Shown: positions 29,550-38,977, counted from the first letter of the stretch. The stretch is 64,000 nt of DNA from an uncultured Chloroflexia bacterium (GCA_963844415.1 CAWJOA010000006.1:678494-742493); one strand, 5' to 3'. Made by a program: numbers and translations. The notes: generated by a model from the letters alone, not told the origin.

Positions 29550-29917
29550 GCCCGGGCGCAGGCCGCCAGCACCGCGCTCACGCAGCCGTCGACGTCGGCG
29601 GCGACGACCTCGACGCCCGCTCCGGCCTCGGCGGCAACGAGGTGCTCGACGGCGGCCGTCGGGCGGACCGCCAGCCGGGCCGCCGGCACCCGGTGTCGGA
29701 GGAAGTCGAACACCGGCCCGAGCCCCGCGTCGCCGTACTCGGCGCGCACGGCGCCGGTGTCGACGAGGACGACCTGTGGCTCGCGCAGCGTCACCGCCTG
29801 GTGCAGCCGGGCCGCGTCGTTGTAGAAGAAGGCGATTGCCCCGGTGAGGCGTTCGTCGATGGCCGCGGCCAGCGCTCGGTCTCGCGTCAGGCAATAGACG
29901 ATCGGGTCGGTGGACAT
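29546..29917 (-). CDS. hypothetical protein (possibly a degenerate receiver-like fold)
   Basis: 123-aa ORF coupled to the DUF385 gene. The alternating beta/alpha-like pattern with VVLVD resembles a REC domain, but the N-terminal acidic pair is absent. Confidence 0.5.
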   Translation of the reverse strand: MSTDPIVYCLTRDRALAAAIDERLTGAIAFFYNDAARLHQAVTLREPQVVLVDTGAVRAEYGDAGLGPVFDFLRHRVPAARLAVRPTAAVEHLVAAEAGAGVEVVAADVDGCVSAVLAACARA

Positions 29918-29949
29918 CGGCCTCGAAGGGTAGCAGCCGGTCTGCTGCG

Positions 29950-29955
29950 TACAAT
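29950..29955 (+). promoter_or_regulatory. -10-like hexamer TACAAT 9 nt upstream of the deoC ATG (leaderless-type promoter)
   Basis: cgTACAATggatggtccATG. Confidence 0.45.
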
Positions 29956-29964
29956 GGATGGTCC

Positions 29965-30930
29965 ATGGCCACCAGCAGCACGCCGTCCCGCACGAGCGCG
30001 CGACGCGACCTGACGACGAAGAAGCACCAGCACCTCGGCAGCCTCCTCGGCCGGGTGTGGGCGGTCGACGCCGTCGGGATCGACGAGCGCGCCGCCTCCC
30101 TCGCCAAGCGCAGCATCAAGCGCGAGGCGAAGCTGTGGGCCCTCGACCTCGCGATCCGGATGATGGATCTCACGACCCTCGAGGGAAAGGACACGCCCGG
30201 CAAGGTCCGCGCGCTGGCCGGCAAGGCGCGGCGCCCGGATCCGACGGACCCGTCAATCCCGAGCGTCGCGGCCCTGTGCGTCTACCCGAACATGATCACC
30301 ACCGCCATCGAGGCGCTCAAGGGCTCCGGGGTAAAGGTGGCGTCGGTGGCGACCTACTTCCCGTCGGGCCAGGCGCCGCTCGACGTGAAGCTCCACGACG
30401 TGCGTTCGGCCGTCGAGCTCGGCGCGGACGAGATCGACATGGTCATCGATCGCGGCGCGTTCCTCGCCGGCGACTACGCATCGGTCTACGACGAGATCAC
30501 CGCGGTGAAGGAGGCGTGTGGCGATGCGCACCTGAAGGTCATCCTCGAGACCGGCGAGCTCGAGACGTACGACAACGTGCGGCGCGCGTCGGTCCTGGCG
30601 ATGGCGGCCGGCGCCGACTTCATCAAGACCAGCACCGGCAAGGTGCAGCCGGCGGCGACCTTGCCGGTCACGCTCGTCATGCTCGAGGCGATCCGCGACT
30701 TCCACGCCCAGACCGGGCGGATGGTGGGCATGAAGCCGGCCGGCGGCATCAAGACCTCGAAGGAAGCGATCGCGTATCTCACGACCCTGTACGAGACGCT
30801 CGGCCCGGCCTGGATGACGCCCGACTACTTCCGCTTCGGCGCCTCCAGCCTCCTCAACGACGTGCTCATGCAGATCCGCAAGGAACGCACGGGCCGATAC
30901 AGCGGCGGCGACTACTTCACCCTCGACTGA
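29965..30930 (+). CDS. deoC: deoxyribose-phosphate aldolase (long actinobacterial type)
   Basis: MDLTTLEG, VATYFPSG, EIDMVIDRG, and the Schiff-base lysine region ADFIKTSTGK. Confidence 0.9.
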   Translation: MATSSTPSRTSARRDLTTKKHQHLGSLLGRVWAVDAVGIDERAASLAKRSIKREAKLWALDLAIRMMDLTTLEGKDTPGKVRALAGKARRPDPTDPSIPSVAALCVYPNMITTAIEALKGSGVKVASVATYFPSGQAPLDVKLHDVRSAVELGADEIDMVIDRGAFLAGDYASVYDEITAVKEACGDAHLKVILETGELETYDNVRRASVLAMAAGADFIKTSTGKVQPAATLPVTLVMLEAIRDFHAQTGRMVGMKPAGGIKTSKEAIAYLTTLYETLGPAWMTPDYFRFGASSLLNDVLMQIRKERTGRYSGGDYFTLD

Positions 30931-30937
30931 TTCACCG

Positions 30938-31600
30938 ATGCAGGTTGCGCCAGGCACGATCGCCGTCTGGTCCGATCTCGGCTGCCCGTGGTCGCATGCG
31001 GTCGTGTGGCGCCTCCACGACGCCCGCCGCCGACTCGAACTGACCGATCGCGTGCGCTTCGAGCACCACGCCTTCCCGCTCGAGCTGTTCAACAGCGAGC
31101 CGACGCCGCGCCCGCTGCGCGAGGCGGAGTGGGCGGTGGCTGCCACGCTCGCGCCGCGGGCCGGCTGGCAGGCATGGTCCGCGCCCGATCACGCGTGGCC
31201 GGTCACGATGCTGCCGCCGATGGAGGCCGTCCAGGCGGCCGCGCTGCAGTCGACCTCGGCGGCCGAGGAGCTCGATCGCGGCCTGCGTCGCGCGTTCTGG
31301 GGCGAGAGCCGCTGCATCAGCCTGCGCCACGTCATCCTCGAAGTGGCGAACGAATGCGCAGCCGTGGACGTGGCCGGGCTTGCCGAGGCTCTCGACGATG
31401 GCCGCGCCCGGCGCCGGATCCTCGACGACTGGGCGATCGCTCGGACGGACGAGGTTCGGGGCTCGGCGCACATCTTCGCGCCCGACGGAACGAACGCCCA
31501 GAACCCCGGCATCACGATCGGCTGGAGCGGCAACGCGCCGACCATCGAGCACGACGACCCGAGTGCCATCGACGCGATCGTGCGCGCGGCCGCGACGTGA
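30938..31600 (+). CDS. DsbA-family thioredoxin-fold protein (CPWS variant)
   Basis: N-terminal IAVWSDLGCPWSHAVVWRL, a DsbA/FrnE-like layout with Ser replacing the second Cys. Confidence 0.7.
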   Translation: MQVAPGTIAVWSDLGCPWSHAVVWRLHDARRRLELTDRVRFEHHAFPLELFNSEPTPRPLREAEWAVAATLAPRAGWQAWSAPDHAWPVTMLPPMEAVQAAALQSTSAAEELDRGLRRAFWGESRCISLRHVILEVANECAAVDVAGLAEALDDGRARRRILDDWAIARTDEVRGSAHIFAPDGTNAQNPGITIGWSGNAPTIEHDDPSAIDAIVRAAAT

Positions 31601-32448
31601 CCGATCCGCCCGCCGCCCGGATGGACGAGCTGTCTGCAAGCGAGGCCCGAATGCTGCTCGAACGCCTCGTCGCAGGCGGACCCGCTCGCCTCGACGCGTT
31701 CGTTGACGCGGTGCGCGACGCGGGCGGACCGGCCGATGCGCTGGATCGGTCTCTCGGCAGTCTCGAGGCCCTGTGGCCGTGGTTCCTGGCGCGGGCGCCG
31801 ACGAGCGCGCCGCCGGAGCGCGTCGCGCAGGCGTGGTGGGCTCCATTCCACCCGCAGTGGGCCAGCGCGCTTGGCCCGGGTGCCACGGCGCTGGCCACCG
31901 GGCTCGCCGAGTACTTCTTCTCGTCCATCGCCCTGCACGCGCCCGGCTCGACCTGGATCGTCGGCCGCCGCGCGGGCACGCGACGTCACCCCGTCCTCCT
32001 GATCCCGGACCGGGGCGAGATGAACTACGCCGTCCCGCTCGGGTTCGTCGTGCGCGCGCTCGCAGGAGACCTGCCCGTCGACCGGGAGCCGGGTGCGCTG
32101 CGCCGTCTCGCGGAGATCTGGCTCGGGCTCGACGAGGCGCACGAGGCGGCGATGGCGGCCCTGGCGCGCCCGATCGGACCCTGGGCCGTGCGCACCATCG
32201 ACGATCCACGGTTCACCCACGAGCTCGACTTCGACGAGTCGACGGCCAACCGGCGGGCCGGGCGGATCGCGAGGCTGCTCGACGCGCTGGCTCGTGAGCC
32301 GGGGATTGCCGAGGTCGTCCGCGAGGATCGCGAGGTGGCGCTCATTCGCGCTCCACAGCGGACCGCCGCCGAGGTCGAGGCCCTCGTCGACCGGATCTGG
32401 TCAGGTGCCGGGCGCTCTCACGGAGACGCCACCTCCGGCGTTCCATGA
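31597..32448 (+). CDS. hypothetical protein
   Basis: GTG 31597 overlaps the upstream stop (GTGA); ATG 31621 is an alternative start. About 280 aa with high GC3 and no recognised motif. Confidence 0.6.
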   Translation: MTDPPAARMDELSASEARMLLERLVAGGPARLDAFVDAVRDAGGPADALDRSLGSLEALWPWFLARAPTSAPPERVAQAWWAPFHPQWASALGPGATALATGLAEYFFSSIALHAPGSTWIVGRRAGTRRHPVLLIPDRGEMNYAVPLGFVVRALAGDLPVDREPGALRRLAEIWLGLDEAHEAAMAALARPIGPWAVRTIDDPRFTHELDFDESTANRRAGRIARLLDALAREPGIAEVVREDREVALIRAPQRTAAEVEALVDRIWSGAGRSHGDATSGVP

Positions 32449-32918
32449 GCGTGCACCTTCCGCCTTTCGAGCGGCTCGTCGACGCGCACGCGGCGGAGCT
32501 GCATCGGTTTCTGATCGGCCTCGTCGGCCCGTCGGAAGCCGAGGACTGCCTCCAGGAGACCTTCATGTCCGCGCTTCGCGCCTACCCGAAACTCCGCCAC
32601 GGCGACAACCTTCGCGCCTGGCTCTACACGATCGCCCACCGCAAGGCGACCGACGTGATCCGCCGATCCGCCCGTCGGCCGACGCGCACGCTCGACGGCG
32701 TCGACCCCGTGGCCGGGGCTGCCGCCGAGCGTCCCGACGACGCCCTCTGGCGGACGGTGCGCGGGCTGCCGCCGAAGCAGCGGGTGGCGATCGTCCATCG
32801 GTTCGTGCTCGATCTCGCGTATGCCGAGATCGGGGAGCGGATGGGCACCAGCGAGGAGGCCGCCCGCCAGAACGTGAGCGCCGGCCTGCGCCGGCTGCGC
32901 CGGGAGGTGCCCGCATGA
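32445..32918 (+). CDS. ECF-type RNA polymerase sigma-70 family factor
   Basis: Region 2 (ELHRFLIGLVGPSEAEDCLQETFMSAL...LRAWLYTIAHRKATD) and region 4 (VAIVHRFVLDLAYAEIGERMGTSEEAARQNVSAGLRRLR). ATGA overlaps on both sides. Confidence 0.9.
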   Translation: MSVHLPPFERLVDAHAAELHRFLIGLVGPSEAEDCLQETFMSALRAYPKLRHGDNLRAWLYTIAHRKATDVIRRSARRPTRTLDGVDPVAGAAAERPDDALWRTVRGLPPKQRVAIVHRFVLDLAYAEIGERMGTSEEAARQNVSAGLRRLRREVPA

Positions 32919-33547
32919 CCGATGACCTCGAGCGCCGCCTCGCGTCGGTGACCTCACCTCAGCTCAACCTGGACAGCCTCCGCGCGGAGCTCGCACGGCG
33001 GGCCGACGACGAGGGTGTGCTCGACGTCGCATACGGCCTCGCCGACTCGCCGCTCGGGCCGCTCACGGTGATCGTGACGCGCCGCGGCCTCGTGCGCCTC
33101 TCGTACGGCAACGAGGCCGTCGACGAGCAGCTCGACGAGGTCGCATCGCGCGTCTCGCCTCGGATCCTTGCCTCGCCCGACCGCACCGATGCGGTCCGCC
33201 GCCAGCTCGACGAGTACTTCGCGGGGGCGCGCCGCGGCTTCGACGTGCCGATCGACTGGCGCCTCGTGCGCGGCTTTGCCGGCGACGTCCTGCGCGCGAC
33301 GGCCCGCATCCCGTTCGGATCGGTCTCGACCTACCGCGAGATTGCGACCGATGCCGGCTCGCCGAACGCGTATCGCGCGGCCGGGAACGCCCTCGGCTCG
33401 AACCCGATCCCGATCGTCGTGCCCTGCCACCGCGTCCTGCACGCCGGCGGCGGGCTGGGCGGCTACACCGGCGGCCTCGAGCGCAAGCGATACCTGCTGC
33501 ACCTCGAGGGCGTGCTCGACGAGAACGAATCGCCGGCGGGCGGCTAG
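32915..33547 (+). CDS. ogt: methylated-DNA--protein-cysteine methyltransferase with an N-terminal extension
   Basis: Active site IVVPCHRVL, plus FGSVSTYREIA and NPIPIVVPCHRV. 210 aa, which I judge to be about 30 aa longer at the N-terminus than is usual for this family. Confidence 0.9.
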   Translation: MTDDLERRLASVTSPQLNLDSLRAELARRADDEGVLDVAYGLADSPLGPLTVIVTRRGLVRLSYGNEAVDEQLDEVASRVSPRILASPDRTDAVRRQLDEYFAGARRGFDVPIDWRLVRGFAGDVLRATARIPFGSVSTYREIATDAGSPNAYRAAGNALGSNPIPIVVPCHRVLHAGGGLGGYTGGLERKRYLLHLEGVLDENESPAGG

Positions 33548-34158
33548 AAGCGGATCTCCTGGATGCCCCAGGTGACGAGCGCCACGAGCGCGAGGCCGAT
33601 CGGTGCCGCGGCCAGCGCCACGCCGTACGCGATGAGCCACCGATCGCGGCGCAGGAGCAGCACCGGCGCCAGCACCGCGCCGACCACGTTCGCGATCGCG
33701 ACCTGCATGCTCGTGCGCGCGAGGTCGATGCCGTCCCAGGCCTCGAGCTGGATGAACCGATACGCCGCCTCCGCCAGCAGGGCGCCGGCGAGGATCCCGA
33801 CCGCGATCGGCTCGCGCCGCGCGCCCCACGCGCCTCCCGCCGCGCCGAACGCCGGGCCGGCGAGTGCGGCGACGCCGATCCAGGCCAGCGTCGTGATGGC
33901 GACGTCGACCGGTGCCGAGCCCCGCGCCAGCAGCCCGAGGTAGTACACGACCACCGCGGTCGCCAGCGCCGCCGCGCCGGTCAGTGCGCCGCGCGCCGGT
34001 GTGCCGGCCGCGGCGCCCGCCGCGAACGCGGTGACGAGCCACGGGCTCGCGGCGTTGGCCAGCCCGACGACCACGGTCAGCGTTGCACCGTCGCCGAGCA
34101 GGCTGAAGAGGCCGAGCAGCAGCCCGAGCGCCGCTGCGACCGCCAGGTCACGAATCAT
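33544..34158 (-). CDS. hypothetical integral membrane protein
   Basis: 204-aa Ala/Gly/Leu-rich ORF with about six hydrophobic segments. Confidence 0.6.
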   Translation of the reverse strand: MIRDLAVAAALGLLLGLFSLLGDGATLTVVVGLANAASPWLVTAFAAGAAAGTPARGALTGAAALATAVVVYYLGLLARGSAPVDVAITTLAWIGVAALAGPAFGAAGGAWGARREPIAVGILAGALLAEAAYRFIQLEAWDGIDLARTSMQVAIANVVGAVLAPVLLLRRDRWLIAYGVALAAAPIGLALVALVTWGIQEIRF

Positions 34159-34247
34159 CGATAGCCATTCTCTTCGCCCGATGCTGCCGTGAGGAGGCGT
34201 ATCGGCCGTTCAAGGCCACGAAGGGCGGCGCCGCCATGCCGGAGTGC

Positions 34248-34253
34248 GATAAT
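34248..34253 (+). promoter_or_regulatory. -10-like hexamer GATAAT 8 nt upstream of the ALDH ATG (leaderless-type promoter)
   Basis: gcGATAATcgaggggcATG. Confidence 0.45.
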
Positions 34254-34261
34254 CGAGGGGC

Positions 34262-35785
34262 ATGACCCTCACGAAGAAGCCCGAGTCGAAGCCCGCGACG
34301 GCGTCGTGGGGCCTCGCCGGGGGCGAGAACCCGTGGGAGTACGCCCCGGCTCCCGAGGCGACCGACCACATCAGGATCGAGCCGGAGTACGGCCTCTTCA
34401 TCGGCAACGAATTCCGCCCCGCGAAGCCGAAGAAGACCTTCACCGTCATCAACCCGGCCACCGAGGAGCCGCTGGCGAAGGTCGCCCACGCGAGCAAGGC
34501 GGACGTGGGGCGTGCGGTCGCCACCGCGAAGGAGGCGCATCGGTCCAGCTGGTCGAAGCTGCCGGGCCGCGAGCGCGCGAAGTACCTGTACCGGATCGCG
34601 CGCATCCTCCAGGAGCGCAGCAGGGAGTTCGCCGTCGTCGAGAGCATGAACTCCGGCAAGCCGATCAAGGAGAGCCGCGACGTCGACGTGCCGCTCGCGG
34701 CGGCCCACTTCTTCTACTACGCCGGCTGGGCCGACAAGCTGGATTACGCCTTCCCGAATCGCGAGCCGCGCTCCATCGGCGTGGCCGCGCAGGTCATCCC
34801 GTGGAACTTCCCGCTGCTCATGCTGGCCTGGAAGATCGCCCCGGCCATCGCCGCGGGGAACACCGTCGTCCTGAAGCCCGCCTCCACGACCCCGCTGACG
34901 GCCTACCTGTTCGCCGACGTCGTGCGCCAGGCCGACCTCCCGCCGGGCGTCGTGAACATCATCACCGGCCCCGGTGAGATTGGGATGGAGCTCGTCCGTC
35001 ACCCCGACGTCGGCAAGGTCGCGTTCACCGGCTCGACCGCGGTCGGCAAGATGATCGCGCGGGCGATCGCCGGGAGCGGCAAGAAGATCACCCTCGAGCT
35101 CGGTGGCAAGGCGGCGAACATCGTCTTCGACGACGCGCCGCTCGACCAGGCCATCGAGGGCATCATCAACGGCATCTACTTCAACCAGGGCGAGGTCTGC
35201 TGCGCCGGCTCGCGCCTCTTCGTGCAGGAGTCGGTCTACGAGCCGCTGCTCGACAAGCTCAAGGCGCGCCTCTCGACGTTGCGGGTCGGCGACCCGCTCG
35301 ACAAGAACACCGATGTCGGCGCAATCAACTCGGCCGGCCAGCTGGCGAAGGTGCAGGAGCTCGTGCAGTCGGGGATCGACGAGGGCGCCGAGATCTTCCA
35401 GCCGGCGTGCGAGCTGCCCGACAAGGGCTTCTTCTTCCGCCCGACGCTCTTCACCGGCGTGAGCCAGAGCCACCGGATCGCGCAGGAGGAGATCTTCGGC
35501 CCGGTGCTCAGCGTGCTCACGTTCCGGACGCCGGAGGAGGCGATCGAGAAGGCCAACAACACTCCGTACGGCCTGAGCGCCGGCGTGTGGACCGAGAAGG
35601 GCAGCCGGATCTTCAAGATGGTCAGCGCCATGAAGGCCGGCGTCGTGTGGGCCAACACCTTCAACCGCTTCGACCCGACCAGCCCGTTCGGCGGCTACAA
35701 GGAGTCCGGCTACGGCCGCGAGGGCGGCATCCACGGCCTCGGCGCGTACCTCGACCTCTCCACCACGAGCACGAACGGCCGATGA
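34262..35785 (+). CDS. NAD(P)-dependent aldehyde dehydrogenase
   Basis: 507 aa with PWNFPLLM, VVNIITGPG, catalytic Glu in ELGGKAA and catalytic Cys in QGEVCCAGSR. Confidence 0.95.
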   Translation: MTLTKKPESKPATASWGLAGGENPWEYAPAPEATDHIRIEPEYGLFIGNEFRPAKPKKTFTVINPATEEPLAKVAHASKADVGRAVATAKEAHRSSWSKLPGRERAKYLYRIARILQERSREFAVVESMNSGKPIKESRDVDVPLAAAHFFYYAGWADKLDYAFPNREPRSIGVAAQVIPWNFPLLMLAWKIAPAIAAGNTVVLKPASTTPLTAYLFADVVRQADLPPGVVNIITGPGEIGMELVRHPDVGKVAFTGSTAVGKMIARAIAGSGKKITLELGGKAANIVFDDAPLDQAIEGIINGIYFNQGEVCCAGSRLFVQESVYEPLLDKLKARLSTLRVGDPLDKNTDVGAINSAGQLAKVQELVQSGIDEGAEIFQPACELPDKGFFFRPTLFTGVSQSHRIAQEEIFGPVLSVLTFRTPEEAIEKANNTPYGLSAGVWTEKGSRIFKMVSAMKAGVVWANTFNRFDPTSPFGGYKESGYGREGGIHGLGAYLDLSTTSTNGR

Positions 35786-36135
35786 CGACGTCGAGCACCA
35801 GCGTCGGCGAGATCGCGCTCGACAGCGTGGCCGATGGCCTGACCGAGGCCTGGAAGCCTGTCGATCTCGCGGCTGTGAACGAGGCCAGCGTCCGCATGGC
35901 CCGCCTCGAGGGCGCCTTTCCGTGGCATCACCACGCCGAGGACGAGCTGTTCCTGTGCTGGCGCGGCGCGTTCCGCATCGAGCTGGAGGGCCGCGCGGCG
36001 GCGCACCTGTCGCCCGGCGAGCTGTTCGTCGTGCCGCGCGGCGTCCGCCACCGCCCGGTCGCGGATGCCGGACCGGCCTACGCGCTGCTCATCGAGCGCA
36101 GCGAGACGAAGCAGTACGGCGAGGAGGCCGGCTGA
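35782..36135 (+). CDS. cupin domain protein
   Basis: ATGA overlap with the ALDH gene. Cupin motifs PWHHHAEDELF and GELFVVPRGVRHRP. Confidence 0.8.
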   Translation: MTTSSTSVGEIALDSVADGLTEAWKPVDLAAVNEASVRMARLEGAFPWHHHAEDELFLCWRGAFRIELEGRAAAHLSPGELFVVPRGVRHRPVADAGPAYALLIERSETKQYGEEAG

Positions 36136-37124
36136 TGCAGCCGCAGCGTCGACGAGCGGCCACGAAGGTCCGCGCGAAGGGCGCGTCGGTCCTGGAGGAG
36201 CGCGCGCTCCAGCCGCCGGCGACGACGAACGGGGCCGGCGCTCGCGGCGAGCGGATCGAGGTGCGCAAGACGTACAAGCTCTACATCGGTGGCGCCTTCC
36301 CGCGGACCGAGTCCGGGCGCGCGTACGAGGTCTTCGGCGCCAAGGGCCGGCCCCTGGCCAACGCGAGCCGCGGCACGCGCAAGGACATTCGCGATGCGGT
36401 TCGCGCGGCGCGCGGCGCCCAGCCGGAGTGGGCGGCGAAGACCGCATACAACCGGTCGCAGATCCTCTACCGCATCGCCGAGCTGATGGAGGGGCGGCGC
36501 GACCAGTTCATCGCCGAGGTGGTCGCGGCCGAGGGCGTCACTCGCCCGCGGGCCGTCCGCCTCGTCGACGCGGCGATCGACCGCTGGGTCTGGTACGCCG
36601 GCTGGGCCGACAAGTTCCAGCAGGTCGTCGGCACGGTCAACCCGGTCGCCGGGCACTACTTCAACTTCAGCGTCCCGGAGCCGACCGGCGTGGTCGGGGT
36701 CATCGCGCCGGAGGAATCGTCGCTGCTCGGGCTGGTCAGCCGCTTGGCGCCGGCCATCGTCAGCGGCAACGCGGCGGTGGTGCTGGCGTCGGAGTCGCGC
36801 CCGCTGCCGGCGGTCACCCTCACCGAGGTATTCGCCACGTCCGACGTGCCGGGCGGCGTCGTGAACCTCATCACCGGGCTGCGTCGAGAGCTGATCGGCC
36901 ACCTGGCCGGCCACATGGACGTCAACGCCCTCGACGCCTTCGGCGCGCCGGCCGAGGAGGCCGCGGCACTCGAGGAGCTCGCGGTCGAGAACGTGAAGCG
37001 CTTCGTGCGCCCGCCCGTCGCCGGCCTCGACCGCTACGACTGGCTGAGCGACCGTGCGCAGTCGCCGTACCTGATCGGCGAGTACGTCGAGATCAAGACC
37101 GTCTGGCACCCGATCGGCTCATAG
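36135..37124 (+). CDS. aldehyde-dehydrogenase-like protein lacking the catalytic domain
   Basis: 329 aa with an ALDH N-terminal/NAD-binding part (KLYIGGAF, GVIAPEESSL, GGVVNLITG) and an ALDH-like C-terminal tail (YVEIKTVWHPIG). No ELGGK Glu or catalytic Cys segment is present. Confidence 0.75.
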   Translation: MQPQRRRAATKVRAKGASVLEERALQPPATTNGAGARGERIEVRKTYKLYIGGAFPRTESGRAYEVFGAKGRPLANASRGTRKDIRDAVRAARGAQPEWAAKTAYNRSQILYRIAELMEGRRDQFIAEVVAAEGVTRPRAVRLVDAAIDRWVWYAGWADKFQQVVGTVNPVAGHYFNFSVPEPTGVVGVIAPEESSLLGLVSRLAPAIVSGNAAVVLASESRPLPAVTLTEVFATSDVPGGVVNLITGLRRELIGHLAGHMDVNALDAFGAPAEEAAALEELAVENVKRFVRPPVAGLDRYDWLSDRAQSPYLIGEYVEIKTVWHPIGS

Positions 37125-38111
37125 CCAGCCGCGCGAGCGGAAGTAGATGATCATGCCGCCGAAGGTGGCGACCATCGCGCCGAGGATGAGCCAGAAGGCG
37201 ACCTCGCTGCCCTCGCCGGGAAACTCGACGTTCATGCCGAAGATGCTCGCCAGGAGCGTCAGCGGCAGCAGGATGACGCTCACCGCGGTAAGCACACGCA
37301 GGCCGTCGTTCAGGCGGTGCGAGATGACCGACTCGTTCGTGCTCTCCAGGCCCTCGACGATCTCCTTGAAGTTCTCGAGCACGTCCCAGATGCGCTCGGA
37401 GGCATCGGTCAGGTCGTCGAAGTAGATCTCGAGCTCCGCGCTCATGTAGCGCTGCTTGGCGCGCTCGAGCGAGCGAAACACGGCGCGCTGGGGGCGAATG
37501 ACGGCGCGGAAGTTGATGATCTCCTGCTTCGCGTTGCTGATCTCGCGCACGACCTCCTGCGACCGGCCCATGAAGATGTCCTCCTCGAGGTCGCGAAGCT
37601 TGCGCCCGAGCGTGCCGAGCATCGGGAATCCGGCGTCGACGCATCGGTCCAGGATCTCGTACAGCAGGCGGCCCGAGCCCTTGGTCATCAGCTCTTCGCG
37701 CACCTCCGGACGGGCGCGCACGCGCTCGAAGAGCTGGGTGAGCGGCGGGATCGGCTCGTTCGGCAGGGTGATCACGTAGTCGCGGCCGATGAAGACGTCG
37801 AGCTCGGCGGCGTGCAGTCGTGCGGTCGCCTTGTCGTACCGCGGGAACTGCATGACCAGGAAGAGGTAGTCGGGGTACTCGTCGACCTTCGGTCGCTGGT
37901 TGCGGCTGGCGACGTCCTCGAGGTCGAGCTCATGGAAGTCGAAGTTCTCCGCCAGCCACAGGCGATCGGCCAAGCGCGGCTCCTCGATGTGGATCCAGCG
38001 CAGGTCGGGGGCATCGATGATCTCGGGACGCGGCTCGAGCACCGGCTCCTCGGCGCCGCCGAGGCCCGGGGTGCTGAGCGACCGGCGCAGCCGTCGCGGC
38101 AGCGCGCGCAT
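37119..38111 (-). CDS. corA: magnesium/cobalt transporter CorA
   Basis: C-terminal two TM segments with the signature SIFGMNVEFPGE (GMN motif) and a CorA-like cytoplasmic domain. Confidence 0.9.
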   Translation of the reverse strand: MRALPRRLRRSLSTPGLGGAEEPVLEPRPEIIDAPDLRWIHIEEPRLADRLWLAENFDFHELDLEDVASRNQRPKVDEYPDYLFLVMQFPRYDKATARLHAAELDVFIGRDYVITLPNEPIPPLTQLFERVRARPEVREELMTKGSGRLLYEILDRCVDAGFPMLGTLGRKLRDLEEDIFMGRSQEVVREISNAKQEIINFRAVIRPQRAVFRSLERAKQRYMSAELEIYFDDLTDASERIWDVLENFKEIVEGLESTNESVISHRLNDGLRVLTAVSVILLPLTLLASIFGMNVEFPGEGSEVAFWLILGAMVATFGGMIIYFRSRGWL

Positions 38112-38347
38112 CAGGGACCGATGCGGCGCATGCGCGCCGCGTGCAGGACGAGCTCGAACATGACCACCACCTTGCGATCGACGGCGCGTCGCGGGTGGAG
38201 GCCGGGTCAGGTGCGGGGGTTCGTCACCTGGAGCCGCGGCGAGCCACTCGGATGTGCGCCGTCGGGATGTCTGGAACCGACGTCCACGGAAGTCGCACGT
38301 GCCTCGCTGTGGGTTTCATCGGCCGGGCGAGCCGGCGCGTCGGCATT

Positions 38348-38977
38348 CTAGCCCGCCGGGCTGGCCGGCGAAACCCGCCCCGAGGCGCTCTTGCGCGCGC
38401 GATGGCGCTTCACCTTCGCTCGGTTGCCGCAGGTCCGCATGTCGCACCAGACTCGCCGACCGGCGGGAGACCGATCGATGAACCGCCAGCGGCAGCCGTC
38501 GTTGGCGCAGATCCGCATGCGGCTCACGTCGTGGTCCGCGATGTAGTGCGCGAGGGAGCCGGCGATCGAGGCCCGCGCCTGGGCGAAGTCGTCGCCGGCG
38601 TGTCCCATCGTGTAGTGCGATCCGTCCGGGCTGGGACGCAGCTCGTGGTAGTGCGTGCCCTCGCGGAGGAATTCGTTCAGGGCCGCCACCTGCGCGCGAC
38701 TCGGTTCCCGGTCGGTCGCCAGGCGCTCGGTGACGTCGTTCACGACCGTCCGCAGGCGTCGGAAGGCCGGCAGCTCCCGCTCGGCCGCGGCGATCGACGC
38801 GCGCGCCCCGCAGAGCTCGTGCTCGCCGAGCCAGGCGCGCAGGGCCGCCCCGTCGGGGAGGTGCTCGACGGGCATCCCGTGGCTGAACTGGCCGCTGTTG
38901 ACGAACTCGATGAAGAGCTCGGTGTCGCGATCCGGCTCGGGGGGCGCGACGTGCTGCTCGGACATGCCCGTAACCAT
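38348..38977 (-). CDS. CGNR zinc-finger (ABATE-domain) putative transcription regulator
   Basis: C-terminal CANDGCRWRFIDRSPAGRRVWCDMRTCGNRAKVKRHR. ATG 38965 (MSEQH) is an alternative start. Confidence 0.85.
   Translation of the reverse strand: MVTGMSEQHVAPPEPDRDTELFIEFVNSGQFSHGMPVEHLPDGAALRAWLGEHELCGARASIAAAERELPAFRRLRTVVNDVTERLATDREPSRAQVAALNEFLREGTHYHELRPSPDGSHYTMGHAGDDFAQARASIAGSLAHYIADHDVSRMRICANDGCRWRFIDRSPAGRRVWCDMRTCGNRAKVKRHRARKSASGRVSPASPAG

Noticed and set aside
38112-38347. Possible M-box (Mg2+) riboswitch in the 236-nt corA upstream region
   Set aside because: I could not find the conserved M-box core elements by eye. Only a covariance-model scan could settle this.
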